Below, one piece after another: positions 1 through 10,851 of a stretch of 64,000 bases of DNA. This stretch comes from Waterburya sp. (GTDB lineage: Bacteria; Cyanobacteriota; Cyanobacteriia; Cyanobacteriales; Xenococcaceae), in contig CBDCJV010000002.1 of the NCBI GenBank assembly GCA_965217895.1, positions 5,120,001 to 5,184,000 on the forward strand. Direction: 5' to 3'. The notes below the pieces were generated by a model, which had not been told where the DNA came from, made no database searches, and was given only the letters and a program-made list of their open reading frames with translations. A program made the position numbers and the translations under genes. Each line of letters begins with the position of its first letter. Within the stretch, counting starts at the first letter, position 1.

Positions 1-643
1 CGTTTTCACTATAGTTCGGGAAAAGTTTTCTTCGATCCTGCTAATCCCGATGTCCAGCGTTATCTTTTATCTCTATTAACAGAAATTGCTACTAATTACG
101 AGGTAGACGGTATCCATTTAGACTATATTCGCTATCCGTTCCAAAGTCTTTCAGGTAAAATAACCTATGGCTATGGTAAGGCTGCTAGAGAACAGTTTAA
201 AAAACAGACAGGCTTCGATCCGATTACCCTAAATCCCAATCATTACTTGTGGTCTGAATGGACGGACTTTCGTATTAAACAGATAGACAATTTTGTAGCT
301 GCTGCTTCTCAAAATCTTAAGCAGCTACGACCTGAATTGACTCTTTCGACTGCCGTATTTCCCATGCCAGAACCAGAGCGATTGTCAAAAATTCAGCAGC
401 ACTGGGAAAAATGGGTAAATTAAAGAATGGATTGATATGCTAGTGCCGATGACCTACGCTCAAGATGCCGATCAACTTAATGTTCTTGCTAATCCTCTAC
501 TCAGTGAATTTGATCGCGGTCAAGCTCTACTTTTACCAGGAATTAGGCTTTTAAACATATCTGAAGTAGCAGCGTTAGATCAAATACAGCTATTGCGAGG
601 TATGTCTACTGAAGGTTACGCTTGTTACGCACTCATCCTGTAA
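1..643 (+). pseudogene. C-terminal part of glycoside hydrolase family 10-like (DUF187) protein, frameshifted near 421 and apparently truncated near 623
   Basis: Reads DGIHLDYIRYPF...QQHWEKWVN then TAA at 421. Removing one base continues KEWIDMLVPMTYA (ORF 437..643). The window begins inside the gene. Confidence 0.7.
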
Positions 644-815
644 GACTTGGGGACTTAGGGACTTAGGGACTTGGGGACGAATTTACTACCTGCGTAGTTG
701 CTCCCAGTCTCCCGCGCTCCCCGTCACCTCGTTACCTCATCACCCTTTTATGCGAAGCGGTATCCTTTAGGACACCCCGTCACTCCGTCACAGCAGTTGG
801 ATTAAATGCGTAACA
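623..815. repeat. IR-bounded insertion containing short tandem repeats (GACTT(A/G)GGG, CCCCGTCAC-like)
   Basis: Left end TGTTACGCACTCATCC; right end GGATTAAATGCGTAACA (reverse complement TGTTACGCATTTAATCC). Internal 9-mer repeats. Confidence 0.6.
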
Positions 816-903
816 TCAAATGTTAATTTCTGTTCTAACTTTAATATCAGGAAAGCTGGACGTATGCCCTGCTAAAATAACAGTGTCGTGAATTAGCCAA
901 CTA

Positions 904-1146
904 TTGAAGACGATTATGCTGCTTACAGAGACTAATTTAGTTGCCTTGTTATATCTAGTTCTAAGTGGTACATATCTTGTGGTGTTACCAGCACTAGTTT
1001 ATTTTTATCTTAAGAATCGTTGGTATGTTGCTAGCTCTATCGAGCGGTTAATTATGTACCTATTTGTGTTTCTCAGCTTCCCTGGAATGATTTTACTCAG
1101 TCCGTTTCTTAATTTTCGCCCCAAACGTCGCGATCTAAAAGCTTAG
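904..1146 (+). CDS. ndhL: NAD(P)H-quinone oxidoreductase subunit L
   Basis: RWYVASSIER...FPGMILLSPFLNFRP signature; usual ndhL-DUF3007-trpA order. Confidence 0.93.
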   Translation: MKTIMLLTETNLVALLYLVLSGTYLVVLPALVYFYLKNRWYVASSIERLIMYLFVFLSFPGMILLSPFLNFRPKRRDLKA

Positions 1147-1155
1147 GATAACAAA

Positions 1156-1461
1156 ATGCGTAGAATCGATGCGATCGCAATTAGTCTTGGCGTATTTGTG
1201 GCTGCGGGACTAGTCTATTTTGTTTTGCAAATAGTTGGTTTGGACGGCATTAATGCAGGAATTTGGACTCAAGCCCTATTGGTTATTGGTTTGGTGGGTT
1301 GGTCGCTGACCTATCTTTTGCGAGTCGGTAATAAAAATATGACTTACAACCAGCAGCTTAAAGATTATGAAGAGGCAGTGATGCAAAAGCGTCTTGAAGA
1401 GATGTCTTCAGAACAGCTGGCCGAACTACAAAAAGAAATTGAGCAACAAAAAGAAGCTTAA
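1156..1461 (+). CDS. DUF3007 family membrane protein
   Basis: MRRIDAI start, two TM helices, MTYNQQLKDYE motif; synteny. Confidence 0.88.
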   Translation: MRRIDAIAISLGVFVAAGLVYFVLQIVGLDGINAGIWTQALLVIGLVGWSLTYLLRVGNKNMTYNQQLKDYEEAVMQKRLEEMSSEQLAELQKEIEQQKEA

Positions 1462-1612
1462 ATAAGTAGGCAGGAAACAATAAACCTTGGTATAGATTGA
1501 CTGGGAGACTGGGAGAATTCTATTTTCAGTTTAATTATGTCGCTCTACTTATCGTGGCAACTTAAATTAAATTATTCAGTATTAATCTTAAACTTTAAAT
1601 TAACTTTACCTA

Positions 1613-2407
1613 ATGAACTCCGTTGCCCAACGTTTTCAACAACTAAAACAAAATTCTCAATGTGCTTTAATTCCCTTTATTACTGCTGGCGATCCCGATC
1701 TAGAGACAACAGCTAAAGCTATAGAAGTTTTGGCTGAAAACGGTGCAGATTTGATTGAATTAGGTGTTCCCTATTCCGATCCCTTAGCAGATGGTCCAAC
1801 GATTCAAGCAGCGGCTACTAGAGCCTTACACAGAGGAGTTAAGTTAGAAGCTGTTTTAGAAGTAGTTAAGCAAGCTGTACCAAAAATAGATGTGCCGATT
1901 GTTTTATTTACTTACTACAATCCAATTTACTATCGGGGCATCGAGTCTTTTCTTAAACAGGTAAAAGAGGCAGGAGTTAGCGGTTTAGTTGTTCCTGACC
2001 TACCTTTAGAAGAAGCAGAAGTACTGCTTAAACCCGCAACAGAAATAGGAATTGAGGTGATTTTATTAGTTGCACCTACTAGTTCGACCGCTAGAATAAA
2101 GGCGATCGCTACTAAGTCTCAAGGCTTTATTTACTTAGTATCTGTCACAGGTGTAACGGGGATACGGTCAGAAACAGCAGCAGGAGTCAAAGATATCCTG
2201 GCAGAGTTGCACAGCACGACGGATAAACCTATCGGCGTTGGTTTTGGTATTTCTAACCCCGAACAGGCAAAACAAATTAAGGAGTGGGGCGCAGATGGGG
2301 TAATCGTTGGTAGTGCGATAGTTAAACGCTTGGCAGAGGGAACTCCAGAAGCGGGACTAAAAGCGATCGCTGAATTCTGTGCTGCTTTGAAACAAGCGAT
2401 TTCCTAA
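1613..2407 (+). CDS. trpA: Tryptophan synthase alpha subunit
   Basis: [31 protein letters not shown] motifs. Confidence 0.98.
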   Translation: MNSVAQRFQQLKQNSQCALIPFITAGDPDLETTAKAIEVLAENGADLIELGVPYSDPLADGPTIQAAATRALHRGVKLEAVLEVVKQAVPKIDVPIVLFTYYNPIYYRGIESFLKQVKEAGVSGLVVPDLPLEEAEVLLKPATEIGIEVILLVAPTSSTARIKAIATKSQGFIYLVSVTGVTGIRSETAAGVKDILAELHSTTDKPIGVGFGISNPEQAKQIKEWGADGVIVGSAIVKRLAEGTPEAGLKAIAEFCAALKQAIS

Positions 2408-2413
2408 AAAATC

Positions 2414-2854
2414 ATGAATCTGAAATTATTACATGAACGCGATTATAACCTTTGGATAGAAGAAATCAAAAAAGCGATCGCCAATCAAGATCTAGAAAAT
2501 ATGGACTGGGATAATTTGCTAGATGAAATTGATGACATGGGCAAGTCGGATAAACGGGCTTTACGTAGCTATACTCAGCGATTGATTGAGCATATATTTA
2601 AAATTAAGTACTGGGAAAATGAGCGTGAACGGGCTTTAAACGGCTGGAAGATTGAAGTAATCAACTTTCGCACTCAAATCATGAATATCTTAGAAGACTC
2701 TCCTAGTCTTAAGAATTATTTAGCAGACAACTATAGTAAATGGTACGAACAGTCTTACCAAAAATATCAAAAAGGTATTCTCTTTGATATGCCTTCATTT
2801 GAGCAGATCGAGCTAGAGCATTTGATGCAAGATGATTATTTTGGAGAGATGTAG
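2414..2854 (+). CDS. DUF29 family protein
   Basis: D..LW...D..NL.DEI..MG.S...L and SPSLKNYL pattern. Confidence 0.88.
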   Translation: MNLKLLHERDYNLWIEEIKKAIANQDLENMDWDNLLDEIDDMGKSDKRALRSYTQRLIEHIFKIKYWENERERALNGWKIEVINFRTQIMNILEDSPSLKNYLADNYSKWYEQSYQKYQKGILFDMPSFEQIELEHLMQDDYFGEM

Positions 2855-2860
2855 CATGAC

Positions 2861-4366
2861 TCACGAATTGGGATAACCAAACCAGGTAGGGTCAATATAA
2901 TTGATGCGAGCGCAAGGTTCTAGAGTTAATAAAATTTCTTTGCCATAACTACGGAAATTGACGCGGTTGTCCAATAAAGCCATGATGCTTTGTGATTCTC
3001 GCAGCGGTACTACGGTTTGTTCGAGCGTTTTTAGGGCTGTCGGCAATAAATAAGTCCGAAACCAATCTTGACGCTGATTTTTGTAGTAGGCAACGCGGTT
3101 GGCAACTAAGGGGTTTTCTAAAGATGGTATGGGAAGAGTGGCAATAATCAACAGACTGGGAATTGGTAGCTTTTCTTGATGTTGTTGCCAAAATGACCAA
3201 CCACAAATTAAGATACTGCGATCGCTTACCTTGCTTTTTTCTACTTTAACCCGCGAACCAAATTCCGCTGCCAACACTGAACTTACCTGTCCCTGAAGCG
3301 GCACATCTTCGACAATTAAGACAATTAGGCGATTAAGCCTACCGCTCAGGCTAACTAGCAATAGGCTTTCTTCGATCAAAGCCGACTGAAATTCGGGTGT
3401 ATTGGGCAAAGGAAAGCGATCGGGAATATAAAGCTGGATATGATTATTTTGGCGGTTGGGAGTAAATTTTAAACTTAACATTTGTGAATCTAAGCCCAAC
3501 TGTTGTCGATAAGTGGTTGCTTTGGCTTCAATATCTAAAAAGCCACCAATTATTACGACTGGCTGCTTTTGCCAAATTGGTTTGAGTTTTGTACCAACTT
3601 CAGCAGGGGCGAGATTAACGGTAAATAAACCGCGATCGCGATCGCGAGATATCCAAGCTATAGTTAGTTCTGAAGCTAAGTACTGTCCAAATTGTTCAAA
3701 TTTACCCTTGAGCAGTTTTTTTTGGGCTAAGACTGTCCATAATTGCTTGATTGTGTTCAATTCCGAATTAAGCAATATGTAATTACCATAAGGATTTTCA
3801 GGACGAGTAAAGATAGATTTAGTTAACTTGATTTTCGTGTCGCGAATCAATTCCTGATGCTCAGGAATTGTCTTTAATAACTCCTCCCAGTCTGAAGGAG
3901 TAATACTAATAGTTAGCTGCTGTCTTGCCCATTCTTCGAGGCTCTCGGCTCGTTCGATAATGGTGGGCATATTCAGGGGAAATTTTCCTTGCTCCGTTAG
4001 GCGATCGCCTAACCAGCTGGCAGGGGAAGTGAGGAGTAGCTGATCGTCGTCTTGCCAGCGATCGCCAATTCTGACTTTTTTATTAGTTTTTAACCATGCC
4101 TGTAATTTAGGAATTTCGACCTCGATTAAATATTGCTGGGTTGTCAGGGGGGCAACTATAATAACCGACCAGTCTCCTATCAATATCGGCATTAAATAAC
4201 TCAGACAATACTTGCTGACGCTACTACCAGTTTGCATCAACGCAGGGCGACCTAGGCGTAAAGCTCTAGCGATTAGCCTTGCCATGGTTAAATGATGGGG
4301 AAAATTTCGCTCCCCATTCGCTCTTAAAAAATCTCGCAGGGATGAATGAACTTCTACTTCAATCAA
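2861..4366 (-). CDS. DinG-like helicase C-terminal domain protein (cyanobacterial conserved)
   Basis: MIEVEVH...HHLTMARLIARALR start; LPIPSLENPLV and LDNRV..RSYG motifs. Confidence 0.8.
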   Translation of the reverse strand: MIEVEVHSSLRDFLRANGERNFPHHLTMARLIARALRLGRPALMQTGSSVSKYCLSYLMPILIGDWSVIIVAPLTTQQYLIEVEIPKLQAWLKTNKKVRIGDRWQDDDQLLLTSPASWLGDRLTEQGKFPLNMPTIIERAESLEEWARQQLTISITPSDWEELLKTIPEHQELIRDTKIKLTKSIFTRPENPYGNYILLNSELNTIKQLWTVLAQKKLLKGKFEQFGQYLASELTIAWISRDRDRGLFTVNLAPAEVGTKLKPIWQKQPVVIIGGFLDIEAKATTYRQQLGLDSQMLSLKFTPNRQNNHIQLYIPDRFPLPNTPEFQSALIEESLLLVSLSGRLNRLIVLIVEDVPLQGQVSSVLAAEFGSRVKVEKSKVSDRSILICGWSFWQQHQEKLPIPSLLIIATLPIPSLENPLVANRVAYYKNQRQDWFRTYLLPTALKTLEQTVVPLRESQSIMALLDNRVNFRSYGKEILLTLEPCARINYIDPTWFGYPNS

Positions 4367-4409
4367 ATTTAGATGATCCCACTAAAAAAAACTGCCGTAG
4401 TTTCCACTA

Positions 4410-5618
4410 TTACTCAAATTCGCCTTTAGGAAAAGCAGTTGGTTGAACTTTAAGGGTTTTAAGCTTACCATCTCGCAAAACTTCCACCTCTAATTCTGAA
4501 CCAATTTTACTTAGGTCAACTTGTTCTTGTACCTGAACAGAGGTTTTTACAGGACTACCGCCTACTTTATCAATTATGTCTCCTGGCTCAAAACCGCCTT
4601 TAGCAGCAGGAGAGCGAGGCATTACTTTGACTACCACCACGCCTTTATCTTCAGGAATTTTGAAATCAAATTCTTGGCTGGAGTTAATTTCGCTTTTAAT
4701 TTCTTCATTCAGGTTAATCATGTGAACCCCTAAATAAGGATGATCTGCCTGTCCCTTGGTAAATAACTGATTGGCGATGCGGTTAGCCGTTTCAATCGGA
4801 ATAGCAAAGCCCAATCCTTGAGCATCAGCGCGAATTGCCGTATTAATGCCAATAACTTCTCCTTGGGAATTTAATAAAGGTCCTCCAGAGTTACCTGGAT
4901 TAATGGCTGCGTCAGTTTGGATAAATTTAACTCGCTTGTCTGGCACGCCAACTTGAGAACTCGATCTACCCAAAGCACTTACAATACCCACAGTTACAGT
5001 ATTATCTAAACCTAAAGGATTACCAATAGCGATCGCCCATTCCCCAGGCATCAACTTTTTTGCATCCCCAAAACTAACCGTGGGTAAGTTTGTGGCATTA
5101 ATTTTGATGACTGCTACATCAGTAAAAGGATCTGTTCCTAATACTTTTCCTGGGTAACTTGTGCCGTCTTTAAGAGTTACCTGTACTTTTTCTGCCCCAT
5201 CTACCACATGAGCATTAGTAATCAGACGACCATCAGAGCCAATAATAAAGCCAGAGCCAGTTCCTCGTTCTATCTGCTCAGGCAAGGAGTCTGAAGACTT
5301 TTTACTCTTATCACCGCCAAAAAAACGCTTCAGTAAAGGATTTCTGAGATTTTCTGGTGATGCCGAAATATGACGCGAAGCATCAATTCTAACTACTGAT
5401 GGACCAACTTTTTGTGCTGCCGTGGCAATAAAATTAACGTCTCGGTCATTACTGCTTCTGCTGACAGAATTAGCCTCAGTTGGGATGGCGGTAGGATAAA
5501 CTTGAGTTTGTCTCATTGCCGTTGGTTGTTGAAACTGACGACTTCCAAGAAAGCCTAAACTACCGCCAACTGCAAGTATGCCTAAATAAACACTTAGCTT
5601 ATTAGATAAAAGTTTCAT
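4410..5618 (-). CDS. HhoA/HhoB/HtrA family serine endopeptidase with PDZ domain
   Basis: TNAHVV, DVAVIKI, QTDAAINPGNSGGPL catalytic motifs; C-terminal PDZ. Confidence 0.95.
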   Translation of the reverse strand: MKLLSNKLSVYLGILAVGGSLGFLGSRQFQQPTAMRQTQVYPTAIPTEANSVSRSSNDRDVNFIATAAQKVGPSVVRIDASRHISASPENLRNPLLKRFFGGDKSKKSSDSLPEQIERGTGSGFIIGSDGRLITNAHVVDGAEKVQVTLKDGTSYPGKVLGTDPFTDVAVIKINATNLPTVSFGDAKKLMPGEWAIAIGNPLGLDNTVTVGIVSALGRSSSQVGVPDKRVKFIQTDAAINPGNSGGPLLNSQGEVIGINTAIRADAQGLGFAIPIETANRIANQLFTKGQADHPYLGVHMINLNEEIKSEINSSQEFDFKIPEDKGVVVVKVMPRSPAAKGGFEPGDIIDKVGGSPVKTSVQVQEQVDLSKIGSELEVEVLRDGKLKTLKVQPTAFPKGEFE

Positions 5619-5888
5619 ATCGTTTATTTAATTATGCTGGGCTAAATCCCTAATTCAAATTATCGCAGACATTAATCAATAAAGCTTTCTTAAAATTTAC
5701 AATAAACTTATTGTCTTAATTATGTCTAATATCTTGATGCAAAACTTTACTATTTTATTTTAAGGCATTGTCAAGAAGAAAACTGTTATTAATTTTAGTA
5801 GCTTCAATACGAACAAAATCTAAGTTCTTTGGACACTTACGTTAATTTTGTAAAATAAGATAAAGCATTTAAAAGGCAGTCTGTACTC

Positions 5889-6830
5889 ATGGAAGCAACA
5901 AAGATTTCAGTCGGCAATATTTCTTTTCCCCCTCTAGGCATTGGTACATGGGCATGGGGTGATAGTTTATTTTGGGGTTATGGCTCAAACTACGGAGAAA
6001 CAGAAGTAAAACAAGCTTTTGAGACAGCCGTAGACAATGGCGCAGCTTTTTTTGATACTGCTGAAGTTTATGGTTTGGGAAAATCAGAAAAGCTAATTGG
6101 GCAATTTCTCCAGCAAACTAGTCAGCCAGTACAGATAGCGACTAAATATTTTCCTTTACCCTGGCGATTTAACAAACAAGCGGTAGCTGATGCTTTGAAT
6201 AAAAGTCTTCAGCGACTCCAGGTTGAACAAGTTGCTCTTTATCAGGTTCATTCGCCCTTTGACTTTTTTATGGGACAAGAAACTCTAATGGAGGCTTTGG
6301 CAGAAGAAGTAAAACAAGGACGTATTCTGACGGTGGGAGTTAGTAATTACTCCGCCACACAAATGCAGCAGGCTCATGATTTGTTGGCAAAGTATGATGT
6401 GCCTCTGGCAGTAAATCAAGTTCGCTATTCTCTGTTGACTCGCAAGATTGAACAAAATGGTGTTTTAGCTACTGCTCGTCAATTGGGAGTTACCATACTG
6501 GCATATAGTCCCTTAGATCAAGGATTACTAACTGGTAAGTATACTCCAGAAAACACTGAAAAAGTACAGGGCGCAAGAAAACTAGATCCTAAATTCTCGA
6601 CTCAAGGATTGAGTAAGATTGAACCAGTTATTAACCAGTTAAAACAGCTTGGAGAAAAGTACCAAAAAACACCTGCACAGGTAGCTCTAAATTGGTTAGT
6701 AGCCCAAGGAAACGTAATTCCTATTCCTGGAGCAAAAAATGCTAAACAAGCCCTTGACAATGCAGGTTCTATAGGTTGGCAACTGAGTTCAGAAGACGTT
6801 GAACAGCTTGGTTTATCGGTAGGCGGTTGA
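5889..6830 (+). CDS. Aldo/keto reductase
   Basis: GIGTWAWG, FDTAEVYG, VGVSNY, LAYSPL, IPIPGAK motifs. Confidence 0.95.
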   Translation: MEATKISVGNISFPPLGIGTWAWGDSLFWGYGSNYGETEVKQAFETAVDNGAAFFDTAEVYGLGKSEKLIGQFLQQTSQPVQIATKYFPLPWRFNKQAVADALNKSLQRLQVEQVALYQVHSPFDFFMGQETLMEALAEEVKQGRILTVGVSNYSATQMQQAHDLLAKYDVPLAVNQVRYSLLTRKIEQNGVLATARQLGVTILAYSPLDQGLLTGKYTPENTEKVQGARKLDPKFSTQGLSKIEPVINQLKQLGEKYQKTPAQVALNWLVAQGNVIPIPGAKNAKQALDNAGSIGWQLSSEDVEQLGLSVGG

Positions 6831-7194
6831 CAATATTTTGGCAAAATTTATTAGCTTAACCACCCTTGAAAGTGATTTTGAATTATTGCGATCGCCTATT
6901 GCTGCTTCAATCAATATGATAAGACAAAAATTGCATATTAAAACTCTAAAAATATCAACTTTTATCAGAACAAAGTTGTGTTTAATATAAAAAATACTTT
7001 AATAGAAAAACAAGTCATTAAGCAATTGCATTAGTTTTTTATGAAAATAAGCTCAAAGTAATCGCTAGCTTTTTTTTAGTAACCATTGCATAATGTCTTT
7101 TAGGCAAAGTAATGTTTCGTAGCACGAACAAAGGTCAAACCAGTGCTGTAATCTTAATTAAAGTTAGTCGAGTTTATCTGCGGAGGCGATCGCT

Positions 7195-10167
7195 ATTACC
7201 GTAATTAGTAGAACTGCTTATCCTCAGTTCAAGCGTTATCCATCCAATAAAGAACTACACGAACTTTACACTCCAACGGCTGAAGAAATAAAGTTTGTTA
7301 CCAGTCGCACCAGAAGCAAGATAGGACTATTGGGATTGATGGTGATGCTAAAATCATTTCAAAAATTGGGCTATTTTACTCATCCAGAATTAATCCCCCA
7401 GCCAATTATTATTCACCTCCGCACCTGTCTAAAATTAAATTACCAAGTCTCTCCCATTCCTTCCCTACGGTCAATTCGCTACTATCAAGAAGCCATTAGA
7501 GAATACCTGAACATTAGTCCCTATAATAATCGAGGTCAAGAGTTAGCAGCAGTAGCTATTAGAGATGCAGCCTTTGTCAGAGATCATCCCGCAGATTTAA
7601 TCAACGTAGCCATTGAAGAGTTAGTAAGACAACGCTACGAGTTACCAGCCTTCAGCACTTTAGATCGTTTAGCCTGTCATATTCGCTCGATTGTAAATAC
7701 CCGTTTGTTCAAACGAGTAGCCCGCAAACTATCTCCCACTGATAGGCAGAATATAGATGGCTTGCTAGTTCCCGATTCTGTCGATCATACTAATGCCAAT
7801 CTCAACCTCCTCAAATCTTCTCCCAAAAGTCACAAACTCAAGTACATCAAAGAACTACAGGATAAGTTCGATACCATGATGTTGGTGGGAGATGCCCAGA
7901 AATTACTCTCATTTATCCCCGCGACCAAAGTTAAATCTTTTGCTGCATTAGCCAGAACTCTGGATATTTCCGAATTTAACGATTTCAGGCTGCCCAAACG
8001 CCGAACTTTATTGCTGTGCTTGCTCTATCAGGCTCAAGTGAAAACTCGCGACCATATGGTAGAAATGTTTCTCAAGCGGATTAAGAAAATTCACAACAAT
8101 GCTAAAACCAAGTTGGAGTATCTAAGAGAGAAGTATCTCAATCAAACTCAGACCATGTTAGAAATGTTTGGTGAGATTTTGATTTTTTCCGATAAATCTC
8201 CAAACTATACTCAATTAGGACTCCAGGTACAGGGTTTATTAGACAGCAATGGCGGGACTCCTTTACTGCTAGAACAATACTCAGAAATTGCCTCTGTCAA
8301 TACCAAAGACCATTTCCCCTTACTCTGGTCGTTTTATTCTCCCTATCGCAAGGCATTATTTGACTTGGTAAGGTCCTTAGAAATTTGCTCTACTTCCAAC
8401 GAACAGTCAGTCATCGAAGCAGTACAGTTTGTTCTAGATCATCAGCAGAGAAGAAGTAAATTCTTCAAAGCCAATCTGAATTTAAGTTTTATCGGCGACC
8501 AATGGCTAAAGCTTGTAGTTGTAGAAGTTGATGGCGAAGAATTATTGGTGCGCCGTCAGCTAGAGATTTGTATTTTTTCCCATTTAGCTCAAGAACTCAA
8601 AACTGGAGATGCTTGTGTCATCGGTTCGGAGAATTATGCTGACTTTCGCCAACAGCTATTATCCTGGTCGGAATGCGAGCCGAAATTAGCAGAATACTGT
8701 TCTTCTTTAGGCATTCGCGATACTCCAGAAGAATTTGTCTCCCAACTGCAAGATCGACTTACTACAGTAGCTCGCGAAGTAGATATTATCTGTCAGCAGG
8801 GCGACCAAATAACCATTAATGAAGAAGGAATTCCCGTTCTCAAAAGAATTACCGCTCAAGATAAACCCGACGGTGCAGAAGCCTTGTTTAATGCCATTCG
8901 AGAGCAATTGCCCCAGCGCAGCGTGTTAGATGTTCTCTGTAATGTAGAACATTGGCTTAACTGGACGAGACACTTTGGTCCTCTATCGGGCAGCGAACCC
9001 AAATTATCAAACCCTCAAGAAAGGTATATCCTGACAGCATTTGGTTATGGGTGCAATATTGGTCCTAGCGAGATGGCTCGTCACGTCAGAGGAAAAGTAA
9101 CTTCTCATATGCTTTCCTATACCAACCGCCGTCATGTTACCAGTTCCTATCTAGAAGCTGCGATTAAAGATATCATCAATGCCTATAACCGCCTCAGTCT
9201 TCCCAAATGCTGGGGTAGTGGGAAAAAAGCAGCAGCCGATGGCAGTAAATTTGAAATCTATGAAAATAATTTGATGAGCGAGTATCACATTCGCTATGGA
9301 GGTTACGGCGGAATTGCTTACCATCACGTTTCCGATACTTACATTGCCCTGTTTACCCACTTCATTGCCTGTGGAGTTTGGGAAGCAGTTTATATCCTCG
9401 ATGGACTGCTAAAAAATACTTCTGATATTCAACCCGACACCATCCATGCAGATACTCAAGGACAGTCTTCGACCGTGTTCGCTCTTTCTCACCTGTTGGG
9501 AATTGAATTGATGCCCAGGATTCGTAACTGGAAGGACTTGGATTTTCTCCGTCCCCATAAGGATGAAGTTTACGATTATATCGACCCTCTATTCGATGAT
9601 GTGGCTGAATGGAAGTTAATCCAGACCCACTGGCAAGATTTGATGCGGGTGGTATTGTCGATTAAAGCGGGAAAACTTTTACCCTCAACTGTTCTAAGAA
9701 AGTTGGGCAGTTATAGCCGTAAGAACAGATTGTATCAGGCTTTTCGAGCCTTGGGCAAAGTCATACGCACCATGTATCTTTTGCGATTTATTTCCGATCG
9801 CGCTCTGCGTCAAGAGGTTACTGCCTGTACTAATATCGTTGAGAGCTATCATCATTTTTTGGACTGGTTGTTCTTTGGCAAAGATGGCGTGATTACAGAT
9901 AATGATCCAGTGGAACAGGAGAAGCGGTTGAAATATCTAGATTTGGCGGCTAGTGCGGTAATTCTCCAGAATACAGTAGATATGACTGGGGTAATTCGTT
10001 CTTTGAGTGGGTCGGGATTTAAGATTAATCGTCGGATGCTGGCAACTATGAGTCCTTATATCAACCGCAATCTCAAGCGGTACGGGGATTACGTGGTGGA
10101 TTTGAAGAACATTCCTCAACCATTTGAGGGGGCGATCAACCTGCCAGTAGAGATTTTTGAAACATAG
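7195..10167 (+). CDS. tnpA: Tn3 family transposase; the frame opens at ATT 7195, upstream of the listed ORF start 7330
   Basis: In-frame I-T-V-I-S-R-T-A-Y-P N-terminus (cf. Tn3-type M..I.RTAYP); DGS, HADTQGQS, NIVESY DDE motifs. Confidence 0.92.
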   Translation: MTVISRTAYPQFKRYPSNKELHELYTPTAEEIKFVTSRTRSKIGLLGLMVMLKSFQKLGYFTHPELIPQPIIIHLRTCLKLNYQVSPIPSLRSIRYYQEAIREYLNISPYNNRGQELAAVAIRDAAFVRDHPADLINVAIEELVRQRYELPAFSTLDRLACHIRSIVNTRLFKRVARKLSPTDRQNIDGLLVPDSVDHTNANLNLLKSSPKSHKLKYIKELQDKFDTMMLVGDAQKLLSFIPATKVKSFAALARTLDISEFNDFRLPKRRTLLLCLLYQAQVKTRDHMVEMFLKRIKKIHNNAKTKLEYLREKYLNQTQTMLEMFGEILIFSDKSPNYTQLGLQVQGLLDSNGGTPLLLEQYSEIASVNTKDHFPLLWSFYSPYRKALFDLVRSLEICSTSNEQSVIEAVQFVLDHQQRRSKFFKANLNLSFIGDQWLKLVVVEVDGEELLVRRQLEICIFSHLAQELKTGDACVIGSENYADFRQQLLSWSECEPKLAEYCSSLGIRDTPEEFVSQLQDRLTTVAREVDIICQQGDQITINEEGIPVLKRITAQDKPDGAEALFNAIREQLPQRSVLDVLCNVEHWLNWTRHFGPLSGSEPKLSNPQERYILTAFGYGCNIGPSEMARHVRGKVTSHMLSYTNRRHVTSSYLEAAIKDIINAYNRLSLPKCWGSGKKAAADGSKFEIYENNLMSEYHIRYGGYGGIAYHHVSDTYIALFTHFIACGVWEAVYILDGLLKNTSDIQPDTIHADTQGQSSTVFALSHLLGIELMPRIRNWKDLDFLRPHKDEVYDYIDPLFDDVAEWKLIQTHWQDLMRVVLSIKAGKLLPSTVLRKLGSYSRKNRLYQAFRALGKVIRTMYLLRFISDRALRQEVTACTNIVESYHHFLDWLFFGKDGVITDNDPVEQEKRLKYLDLAASAVILQNTVDMTGVIRSLSGSGFKINRRMLATMSPYINRNLKRYGDYVVDLKNIPQPFEGAINLPVEIFET

Positions 10168-10189
10168 ACAGAGTAGGATATTGAGGGCT

Positions 10190-10227
10190 ATCTTGCACTA
10201 TTTTACACGTATCTCGGCTCTTCCCCC
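10190..10227 (-). repeat. Right terminal inverted repeat of the Tn3-family element
   Basis: Minus strand GGGGGAAGAGCCGAGATACGTGTAAAATAG..., just after the tnpA stop and where the RT sequence breaks off. No matching left IR seen. Confidence 0.7.
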
Positions 10228-10851
10228 TTTAGGGGCAATGAGCCGTTTCATGATGGATGAGTGGCTGATTCTATCGAAGCATTTGGATATGTCGAGTTCC
10301 ATTACTCGTTTTTTATATCCTTTGGAGTTGGAGCTTAGGTTTGAAAATAGGATTTTTTGTGCGTCATGCGCGCTTCTTCCTGGTCTAAACCCATAACTTC
10401 GTTCATGAAAACCTGCTTCGTGGGTTGGTTCTAACGCGAACTTAGCAAGACATTGCCAAGCTCTATCGCTGATGGTGGGTACTTTTAGTATCCGCTTTGA
10501 GCCGTCCTTCTTGGGGATTGGAATAGAACGTAGCCCTTGATGCTTCCAATTGTTAGCCTGGGTTTTTAACTTTTGTTCTAATTCAAATCTTTCTTTGAAG
10601 TCTAAGGCTAGCTGTCCATCGATACCAGCCGTTTTCTTGCCGTTGTTTAGTTGTGTTACTTGACGTATTGCCAGAAATCTAGCTGCGACAGAACGCATAA
10701 TTAGTTTCTGTAATGACCGAGCTTTAGCTGTATCGCCTTCTCTAACTGCTTTGTACGTGCGCTTTTGCAAACGGAATAAATCTCTGCGGAATTGCTTCCA
10801 GGGGAGATTTACCCAAGATTCACTATCGAGTTTTTCGATGTGTCCAATCAT
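10228..10851 (-). pseudogene. Group II intron reverse transcriptase/maturase, N-terminal half only
   Basis: RQVTQLNNGKKTAGIDG, IPKKDG..R.L.VPT..DR, SYGFRPGRSAHDA, DISKCFDRISH. PQG and YADD motifs absent; the last residues come from the Tn3 IR. Confidence 0.93.

Noticed and set aside
10198..10851. RT as a retron, DGR or CRISPR-associated RT (given an Avd-like FHB gene in the window)
   Set aside because: It has group II intron RT motifs and a GTGCG 5' end upstream; no TR/VR pair seen; the FHB gene is ~17 kb away.
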